From assembly GCA_016177465.1 (NCBI GenBank), contig JACOVF010000150.1:1-47790 (forward strand): a DNA stretch of 47,790 nucleotides, read 5' to 3'. A program made the position numbers and the translations under genes. The notes beneath the pieces are model-generated. The model ran no database searches. It worked only from the letters and a program-made list of their open reading frames with translations, and was not told the DNA's origin. Below are positions 41,632 to 47,790 of this stretch, piece after piece (position 1 is the first letter of the stretch; each line of letters opens with the position of its first letter). The DNA comes from Gemmatimonadota bacterium (GTDB lineage: Bacteria; Gemmatimonadota; Gemmatimonadetes; Gemmatimonadales; GWC2-71-9).

Positions 41632-43067
41632 AATCCGACCCAGACCGTCTTCACCTCGGTGTAGCCGTCGAGCGCCTCTTTCCCCAGGTCCCGCCCGAAG
41701 CCGGAAGCCTTGAATCCGCCGAACGGGGCGCCGGAGTCGTAGAAGTTGTACGCATTGATCCAGACGGTCCCGGCGCGAATCGCGCGTGCGGCGCGGTGGG
41801 CCTTCTGGATGTCCTTCGTCCAGATCCCCGCGGCCAGGCCGTACATCGACTGATTCGCGAGCTTCACCCCTTGCTCGAAGTCGTCGAACGACAGCACCGC
41901 GAGCACGGGGCCGAAAATCTCCTCGCGTGCGATCGTCATCTCGGGGCTCACCTGGTCGAATACCGTCGCCTCGACGAAGTAGCCCTTGCCGTTGGGGGGG
42001 GGGCTGACGGCCTTACCACCCGCCACGAGCGCCGCCCCCTCCGCGACGCCTTTCTTGATATAGCCCAGCACCGTTTCCTGCTGCCGCTTCGAGACGAGCG
42101 CGCCCAGACGGGTATTCTTATCGAGGGGGTCGCCGGGGGTGAGCTTCTTCGCTCCCTCGGCGAGCTGCTCCACCACCTGATCGTGCACCGAGCGCTCGAC
42201 CAGCAGCCGCGACCCCGCCGCGCACACCTCACCCTTGCCGTAGAAGATCCCGGTCTGCGCGCCACGCACCGCGGCTTTGAGATCGGCGTCGGCGAAGATG
42301 ATGTTCGGGCTCTTGCCGCCCAGCTCGAGGGTAACGCGCTTGTTGGTCTCGGCGGCCATCCGCATGATCTGGCGGCCGACCTCGGTGGACCCCGTGAAGG
42401 AGATCTTATCCACGTCGGGATGCCGCACCAACGCCGCGCCGGCGGTGGATCCGCCGCCCGTCACCACGTTGAACGCGCCCGGCGGGAACCCGGCCTCGAG
42501 CACGAGCTCCGCGAAAGCCAGCGCGGTGAGCGGCGTCTCGGAGGCGGGCTTCAGGACGACCGTGCAGCCCGCCGCCAGGGCGGGGGCGAACTTCCAGCTG
42601 GCGATATTGAGCGGGAAGTTCCACGGCACGATGGCGCCGACCACACCGATCGGCTCGCGCAGCGTGTAGACCAAGAACGGGCCGTCCACGGGCAGCGTAT
42701 CGCCCGTGATCTTGTCGGCCCACCCCGCATAGTAGCGCAGGGTGTTGACCGTCATCGTGATCTCGATCTTCGACTCGAACAGCGTCTTGCCGTTGTGCGC
42801 CGTCTCGAGCCGGGCGATTTCCTCCAACCGGCCCTCGAGCAGATCGGCCGCCTTGGCCAGGAGCCGGCCGCGCTTCCGGGCCGACAGATTCCGCCAGGCG
42901 TCCGACTCGAAGCAGGTTCGCGCCGCGGCGACGGCGTTGTCGACGTCCCCCGCGTCGCCGGCGGCGACCTCGGCGATCACTTCCTCGGTGGCGGGATTCA
43001 CCACCGGGAAGCGCTTCCCCGAAGCCGCCGGCCGCCACTCGTTATTGATGAACAGGTCGGTGTTCAC
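41628..43067 (-). CDS. NAD(P)-dependent aldehyde dehydrogenase
   Basis: ALDH pattern LFINNEW..., FTGSTEVG, ELGGKSP and EEIFGPV. GTG 43067 avoids the 62-nt overlap with the upstream crotonase that track start 43136 would create. Confidence 0.88.
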   Translation of the reverse strand: MNTDLFINNEWRPAASGKRFPVVNPATEEVIAEVAAGDAGDVDNAVAAARTCFESDAWRNLSARKRGRLLAKAADLLEGRLEEIARLETAHNGKTLFESKIEITMTVNTLRYYAGWADKITGDTLPVDGPFLVYTLREPIGVVGAIVPWNFPLNIASWKFAPALAAGCTVVLKPASETPLTALAFAELVLEAGFPPGAFNVVTGGGSTAGAALVRHPDVDKISFTGSTEVGRQIMRMAAETNKRVTLELGGKSPNIIFADADLKAAVRGAQTGIFYGKGEVCAAGSRLLVERSVHDQVVEQLAEGAKKLTPGDPLDKNTRLGALVSKRQQETVLGYIKKGVAEGAALVAGGKAVSPPPNGKGYFVEATVFDQVSPEMTIAREEIFGPVLAVLSFDDFEQGVKLANQSMYGLAAGIWTKDIQKAHRAARAIRAGTVWINAYNFYDSGAPFGGFKASGFGRDLGKEALDGYTEVKTVWVGL

Positions 43068-43074
43068 CGGGTCT

Positions 43075-43875
43075 TCACTTTCCTTTGAACTCCGCCACCC
43101 GCTTCTCGTTGTAGGCGGCGATGCCTTCCTTCGCATCCTCGCTCTGGAACAGCTGCTGCTGCAGCTCGCGCTCGATGGCGAGCGCCGACTCGAAGGGGAC
43201 TTCGGCGCCCGACTGCACCGAGCGCTTGATGAGCCCCACGGCCTTCGACGCCTTGTGCGGCGGACAGAACTGCTTCGCGTACAGCAGGGCCTGCTCCCAG
43301 TAGCCGTCGGCGGGGAAGACTTCGTTCACGAGCCCCAGCTCCTTGGCGCGCTCGAAGGAAAAGGTCTCGCCTTTGACCATCATCTCAATCGCGAGCGCCT
43401 TGCCCACGAGCCGCGCCAGCCGCTGGGTGCCGCCGGTGCCCGGCAGCACGCCGAGGTTCACCTCGGGGAGGCCGATCTTGCCGGCGTTCTCCTTGGCGAG
43501 CCGGAGGTCGCACGCCATCGCGATCTCGAGCCCGCCGCCCACGCAGTGCCCGTTGAGCGCGGCGATCGTGAGCTTCGGGGTGTGCTCGAGGCGGTTCAGG
43601 GTCTCGTTGGCGTGGAGGCAGAAGAAATACTTGAAGCGGGGCGTGACCCTGTTCAGCATCCCGATGTTGGCGCCGGCGGAGAAGAACTTGTCGCCGTGGC
43701 CGCGTAGCAGGATCACGTGGACGTCGTCGTCGAAACGCGCCTTGAGGATCGCCTCGTCGAGCTCCCGCATCATCTCGTAGGTGTAGGTATTGGCGGGCGG
43801 ATCGTTCAGCTCGATGATCGCCAGCCCGTCCTCGACAGTGTAATCGACGAGGGTCTTCACCTGTGTGGCCGTCAT
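43075..43875 (-). CDS. enoyl-CoA hydratase/isomerase family protein
   Basis: Crotonase motifs GHGDKFFSAGANI and CVGGGLEIAMACDLR. The start abuts the TetR stop. Confidence 0.9.
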   Translation of the reverse strand: MTATQVKTLVDYTVEDGLAIIELNDPPANTYTYEMMRELDEAILKARFDDDVHVILLRGHGDKFFSAGANIGMLNRVTPRFKYFFCLHANETLNRLEHTPKLTIAALNGHCVGGGLEIAMACDLRLAKENAGKIGLPEVNLGVLPGTGGTQRLARLVGKALAIEMMVKGETFSFERAKELGLVNEVFPADGYWEQALLYAKQFCPPHKASKAVGLIKRSVQSGAEVPFESALAIERELQQQLFQSEDAKEGIAAYNEKRVAEFKGK

Positions 43876-44469
43876 TTAGCCTCCGTGTACCGTGGAACGG
43901 GCCTCGGCGAACCCGCCGAGGAAGATGCGAGCAATGAGGTCCGCGAGACGCTGGGGATGGATCTCGCCCGCGGGGTCGTACCAGTTGTACATCCAGTTCA
44001 TCATGCCGAACAGCCCGTACGCCGCGGCGCTCCGGTCCACCGGTGTCTCGTCCGGGGCGACGCCCTGCAGTAGTCCCTCGAGGAGATCGACGTAGCGCCG
44101 CTTGATCGCGTTGACCCGCCGCTTGAGGTCGCCCGTGAGGGAGTTGGCCTCGTGGGAGAGGACTTTCATTTCCGCCATGTGCGCGGCGAAAAACGCCACG
44201 TGGTGGTGGATAAATGCCTGCACCCGCTCGGCGGGATCCGCGCTCCGCGCGACCGCCTGCGTGGCGCCCTCGAGGACGCTCGCGAAACAGCGCTCCTGGA
44301 TGAGGTAGAGCAGCTCCTCTTTGCCCTTGACGTAGTAGTACATCCCGGCGAGCGACATCCCGCTCGCCGCCGCCAGGTCGCGCATCGTGGTGGAGTGATA
44401 GCCCTGCTGGGCGAAGACCCGGGCGGCGTGGCCCAGGAGCGAGGCGAAGCGTTCGTCGTATGGGCGCAT
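43876..44469 (-). CDS. TetR/AcrR family transcriptional regulator
   Basis: HTH TTMRDLAAASGMSLAGMYYYVKGKEEL. The likely start is ATG 44469 (MRPYDERF), with an operator-like palindrome immediately upstream. Confidence 0.88.
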   Translation of the reverse strand: MRPYDERFASLLGHAARVFAQQGYHSTTMRDLAAASGMSLAGMYYYVKGKEELLYLIQERCFASVLEGATQAVARSADPAERVQAFIHHHVAFFAAHMAEMKVLSHEANSLTGDLKRRVNAIKRRYVDLLEGLLQGVAPDETPVDRSAAAYGLFGMMNWMYNWYDPAGEIHPQRLADLIARIFLGGFAEARSTVHGG

Positions 44470-44470
44470 G

Positions 44471-44488
44471 TTCGAACGTTTGTTCGAA
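44471..44488. promoter_or_regulatory. perfect palindrome TTCGAAC-GTTT-GTTCGAA, candidate TetR operator
   Basis: 7-bp arms with a 4-nt spacer. It starts 2 nt upstream of the TetR start codon and lies downstream of the promoter-like element. Confidence 0.55.
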
Positions 44489-44493
44489 AATGG

Positions 44494-44522
44494 AAAGTAT
44501 CTGCAGGGTGTTGGGCAGGCAA
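44494..44522 (-). promoter_or_regulatory. promoter candidate TTGCCT-17-TACTTT for the TetR/box-like operon
   Basis: On the minus strand the -35 is at 44522-44517 and the -10-like box at 44499-44494. The palindrome would sit at about +1 to +25. Confidence 0.35.
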
Positions 44523-44546
44523 GGGCCGGCGAAGTCATTCCCCGCG

Positions 44547-44792
44547 CTACTGCTTCGAGCGCACCAATCGGGCGATATAGCCGATCGTGTTCAAGTGATC
44601 TACACCGGCCTCGTGCGCCTGGATCTCGATTCCGAATCGCTCTTCCAGGAACGCGACGAGCTTCAGGGTGGCGATCGAATCGAGAATGCCCCCGGTGATA
44701 AGCGGGGTCGATTCGGTGAGCTCCCCCGCCGCGGTGCCCGGCAGGAATTCGCCCAGGATGTAGTCCTTCACGGTCGCTTCGATTCCTTGCAT
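44547..44792 (-). CDS. acyl/peptidyl carrier protein, DltC-like
   Basis: 81 aa. Phosphopantetheine-site context GGILDSIATLKLVAFLEERFGIEI. GGAGGGGGAG lies upstream of the ATG. Confidence 0.85.
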   Translation of the reverse strand: MQGIEATVKDYILGEFLPGTAAGELTESTPLITGGILDSIATLKLVAFLEERFGIEIQAHEAGVDHLNTIGYIARLVRSKQ

Positions 44793-44906
44793 GTTCGTGT
44801 CTCCCCCTCCTGTTCGACCACTGCGGGATAGGCCAGCGCCTCGCCTTGATGCACCGCCGTTTCGATTCCGTGCATGATCCGTTCTCCGAGCCGGTGGTGG
44901 GCCGCG

Positions 44907-47627
44907 TCAGGGGTCGCCCGGCACGGCCCGGACGGGGAGCGGCACGCCGAACGCGTCCGGTTCCAGGCGGAGCGCCGCATAGAGCCGGTCTGCGATGAGC
45001 CGATGCCCTGCGGCGTTCGGGTGGCGGTCCCAGGCGGCCACTTGCAGCGTGGCAAGGTCGTGCCCGGCGTAAACATCAGAGAGATCGGCCATCCGGAATC
45101 CCGCCCCGTGAGCGAGGGCCGTGAGGGCGGTGACTTCTTCGAGCGAGGTCGCGTCGCCCGGCATGGGGAGGTACATCCACACCGGGGTGATGCCGCGTTC
45201 GCGGCTGAGCGCCGCGATGCGGCCGTAGGCCCAGGCCAGGATCCGGGTCTCGTGCGGCTTGAGTCGTCGCTCCGCTTCCAGCAGTGGGGTCGCCGAGTCC
45301 ACCCCTGCGGCCTGCACCGTCTCGCGCAGGAAGTCGTACGGCACGTGCACGCCCAGCCGGACAATCAGCGCCAACCGCCGAATCGTTTCGGCGGACTCGG
45401 CGGGGCCGGCGACCAGGAAGACCGTGTTCGGTCGGAAGGTGAACACCTTGCGCTCGAGCAGCATCACCTGCTGTAGCGGCGTATAGTCCCCGACGGCGAA
45501 GTTGAGGATCTCATACCGCGCGGCACCGCCGCGACTCTCCCCGTTCAGCCGGTCCTCGAGTAGCCATTCGAAGCTCTGCCCGTCTCCCACGCCCCAACCC
45601 ATGGTATAGGACGATCCGAGTAGCGCCACGCGGTAGGTCGCCGGTGGGGGCAGCCGCTCGTAGTCGCGATCCCGCATGCCCCAGCGATTGGTCCGGAACG
45701 GTGCGCCGAAGAACATGACGCCCTCAAGGGGCGGGAGCTCTTTCATGAGGAAGTCCCCGGTCGGCCGGGTGATCCGCTCCTGGTCGGTCAAGTCCTGCCG
45801 CGGCCGCTGCGCGTAGATCTCCCAGAGTCGGGAGTTCAACGGGTTGGCGCCGACGATGCTCTCGTAGTAGCCCCGCCGCAGGAGGGCCGCATCCCGTTTG
45901 TTGAGCTCCGTCAGCCGCACGTCGCGGAGCACTTCCCGGACGTGCGGGCCGAACTGCGAGGACAGCTCCGGCCTCCCCACGACGTAGAACGCCACGAGGA
46001 CGCCGGCCGTGAGGCCGGCCGTTCGACCGAACGGTTGCCGCGCGATCGCCGGGCCGAGCGCCGCGGCGCCAGCGCGGACCGCTGCGGTGGTCGCCAGGAC
46101 CGCCGCCGCGAGGACGGCGACGATGGCGAGGAGTTCCGGCGCGTTCATCCGGACGCCGCCCCACAACACGAACCACTCGGTCAGGCTAGGACTGGTCCAC
46201 AGCGACCAGAGCACGCAGATCACGGCGAACGTGCCCACGGTGCGAAGGGCGAACACCGCGCTCTGGCGCGTCGACCACACTCGCTTGCCGAGTGTGCGGG
46301 TACGCCCGTGCCGCACCTCGTACAACGAATTGGCGACGAGCAGGACAGCCAGGAGCGACCAGAAAAGCACGTCGGTCCAGGCGAGGCGCACCGAGCCCAG
46401 CAGCCAGAACCACTGGTACGAGTGCAGGATCCAGGTCGCGCAGAATACGAGCAGCGTCGAGAGCACGAGCGCGGTCGTGTCTCCGAGCCGGCGTAGCTGG
46501 AAGTAGCTCGGGTACTGGAAGACCTTCATCATGAAGTCCTTCCAGTAGATGTTGATGCGGCGCCAGAAGTCCGAGAAGCTCGACGCCAGGAAGAAGAACC
46601 GGTGCGTCTCGGGCAGCCGGAACCCGAACAAGTGCAGCAACCCCGCGATCATGTGGAACTGGCCGGAGACTCGCAGGTAGAGCAGGAAATTCGCGACCAG
46701 GTAGCGCGCCAAATCTCCGACCGTGGCGATGTCGCCGGGCGAGAGCGTGACGTACTGGTAGACGAAGCGATACAGCACGAGGTGCGTCGTGCCCAGGAGC
46801 ATCCACCGCACCCCGCGCTGGTAGATGCGGTAGGGGTCCTCGTCGTAGTAGGTGCGGCGGAACGTGGCGAAATCCACCACCGGGAACAGCGGGAACGCTA
46901 CGTTGGGCAGCAAGAAAAAGTAGGACAGGCTCCGGAAGACGTTTACCGGCTCCCGGGTGTGCCGGAGGTCGTACAGATAGACAATCAGCCGGAACATGAA
47001 CATGGAACCCAGGATCGGCCAGATTGCTGCCGACCATGGGGCCGGCAGGCGCCCCGATCGCATGAGGGCGAGGCTCACCCCTACCACCGCGACCAATCCC
47101 ACACGGACCGCGAACGGCGCGGGGGCGTGGCACAGACCCACCAACACCAGGCCGACGGCGAGCAGCCAGGCGCCGTTCGTCCAGCCGAACACCAACCCAA
47201 TGCCAGCCAGCGAGAGAACGAGAAAGAAGGGCAGGCGGAAGGGAGTCGGAAGCAAGTGGTGGACTACGAAGCCACAAGCGGCGAGTGGTACCACCGTCTT
47301 GTAGAACGCGGGGCTCTCGATGCGGAACTCGCGGATCACCAGCACAAGCAGCCCGAGCTGTATTGCGAGGGCCGCGAACCGGCCGAGGCTACGCAGCTCC
47401 TCGGCCGACGGCACGAGCCGCGCTCCGACGAGCAAGCGCGGGAGCACCCCGCCGCTCGCCATGACGGCGCCTCCGGCGAGTGCCAGCAACAGCTGGCCCC
47501 GTCCGAAACCCGGTGTGGCGCCGGGGAGCAGGGTATCCAAGGCGACGGCGACGACGACGACTCCCGCGCCGATCACAACCAACAGCCGCGACAGCAGCCG
47601 CTCCCGGAGCATGCGGCTAAGGACCAT
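44907..47627 (-). CDS. MBOAT (DltB/AlgI-like) membrane O-acyltransferase fused to a C-terminal SGNH/DltD-like domain
   Basis: MBOAT signatures [20 protein letters not shown] and the conserved His in [11 protein letters not shown], with many TM spans. The C-terminal roughly 350 aa carry [11 protein letters not shown] (block I-like) and [15 protein letters not shown] (DxxH block V-like). Confidence 0.85.
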   Translation of the reverse strand: MVLSRMLRERLLSRLLVVIGAGVVVVAVALDTLLPGATPGFGRGQLLLALAGGAVMASGGVLPRLLVGARLVPSAEELRSLGRFAALAIQLGLLVLVIREFRIESPAFYKTVVPLAACGFVVHHLLPTPFRLPFFLVLSLAGIGLVFGWTNGAWLLAVGLVLVGLCHAPAPFAVRVGLVAVVGVSLALMRSGRLPAPWSAAIWPILGSMFMFRLIVYLYDLRHTREPVNVFRSLSYFFLLPNVAFPLFPVVDFATFRRTYYDEDPYRIYQRGVRWMLLGTTHLVLYRFVYQYVTLSPGDIATVGDLARYLVANFLLYLRVSGQFHMIAGLLHLFGFRLPETHRFFFLASSFSDFWRRINIYWKDFMMKVFQYPSYFQLRRLGDTTALVLSTLLVFCATWILHSYQWFWLLGSVRLAWTDVLFWSLLAVLLVANSLYEVRHGRTRTLGKRVWSTRQSAVFALRTVGTFAVICVLWSLWTSPSLTEWFVLWGGVRMNAPELLAIVAVLAAAVLATTAAVRAGAAALGPAIARQPFGRTAGLTAGVLVAFYVVGRPELSSQFGPHVREVLRDVRLTELNKRDAALLRRGYYESIVGANPLNSRLWEIYAQRPRQDLTDQERITRPTGDFLMKELPPLEGVMFFGAPFRTNRWGMRDRDYERLPPPATYRVALLGSSYTMGWGVGDGQSFEWLLEDRLNGESRGGAARYEILNFAVGDYTPLQQVMLLERKVFTFRPNTVFLVAGPAESAETIRRLALIVRLGVHVPYDFLRETVQAAGVDSATPLLEAERRLKPHETRILAWAYGRIAALSRERGITPVWMYLPMPGDATSLEEVTALTALAHGAGFRMADLSDVYAGHDLATLQVAAWDRHPNAAGHRLIADRLYAALRLEPDAFGVPLPVRAVPGDP

Positions 47628-47790
47628 CGCTGCGGCCCGTCCCGCCCCCGGTCTGCAGTCCGAGCCAGCCGGCGATGATGTTGCGCATCATCTCGGACGT
47701 GCCCGAATAGATGGTGCTCCCCACGGCGTCGCGCAGCGCCCGCTCCACTTCGTATTCCACGGCATAGCCGTACCCGCCGTGGACCTGCAC
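47617..47790 (-). CDS. acyl-CoA dehydrogenase family protein, C-terminal fragment (gene continues beyond the window)
   Basis: The reverse strand reads [57 protein letters not shown], then TAG at 47619-47617. It overlaps the MBOAT start by 11 nt. Not in the ORF track because it is under 60 aa. Confidence 0.75.
   Translation of the reverse strand: MQVHGGYGYAVEYEVERALRDAVGSTIYSGTSEMMRNIIAGWLGLQTGGGTGRSDGP

Noticed and set aside
38298-43088. Large + strand ORFs (38298-40010 at 570 aa; 39752-40315; 40149-40853; 41796-43088 at 430 aa) opposite the box-like operon, and the N-terminal extensions of 38559-39962 and 39680-41041.
   Set aside because: These are shadow or extended frames. The real starts, ATG 39680 with AGGAG and GTG 40432 with a GTGA overlap, give proteins that begin at conserved family N-termini.
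45724-47678. ORFs 45724-46176 (-), 46186-47277 (-), 45942-46506 (+) and 46602-47678 (+) inside the MBOAT-SGNH gene.
   Set aside because: Off-frame or antisense to a 906-aa frame with MBOAT and SGNH motifs and coherent TM spans.
1-47790. Scan for tRNA, rRNA or other structured RNA genes in intergenic spaces.
   Set aside because: The largest non-coding gaps are 19421-19727, 30161-30352 and 36097-36260. They show promoter, UTR or terminator-like features but no cloverleaf or rRNA-like sequence that I could recognise by eye. A covariance-model search (tRNAscan-SE, Infernal/Rfam) would be decisive.

Overview
High-GC bacterial chromosomal segment, judged by eye. It is almost entirely coding, with about 45 protein genes, and I found no rRNA, tRNA or CRISPR. 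All family calls rest on motif recognition in the supplied translations, because no searches could be run. The gene content loosely suggests a Gemmatimonadota-like soil bacterium, but that is inference only.

Layout:
- 61-14650 (+): a 15-gene same-strand array with many 4-nt stop/start overlaps. It holds an eRF1-like protein, an orphan B12-binding domain, an acyl-CoA carboxyltransferase, an S8 lipoprotein protease, AtuA/DUF1446 with its small partner, a crotonase, a pilin-like trio, DUF5916, TPR, bacilliredoxin, a GroES-like protein and a RecQ-like helicase.
- 14672-15217: an IS200-like REP-associated tyrosine transposase bracketed by inverted REP hairpins.
- 15251-23108: acyl-CoA dehydrogenase, DUF1003, prolyl oligopeptidase, RNase G, rplU-rpmA, a nitroreductase, and a four-helix-bundle (23S-IVS/Avd-like) gene enclosed by inverted arrays of a 10-nt repeat.
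- 23171-30160 (-): an operon of paired intact/degenerate amidohydrolases and M16 peptidases, followed by an Amidohydro_2 gene.
- 30353-37022 (+): a Ser/Thr kinase (zinc ribbon plus PEGA), a PEGA protein and a Big_2/RCC1 lipoprotein in one operon with a terminator, then a sensor-less histidine kinase.
- 37004-44469 (-): a TetR-controlled BoxB-like aromatic-CoA/beta-oxidation cluster.
- 44547-47790 (-): a Dlt-like module made of an ACP, an MBOAT-SGNH fusion and a partial acyl-CoA dehydrogenase.

Most interesting observations: the decamer-array-bounded four-helix-bundle cassette, the REP-RAYT unit, the Dlt-like fused acyl-transfer module, the kinase-PEGA-RCC1 operon, the BoxB-like cluster lacking BoxA and BoxC, a pilin signal that needs a CTG start, and recurrent leaderless-type promoter geometry.
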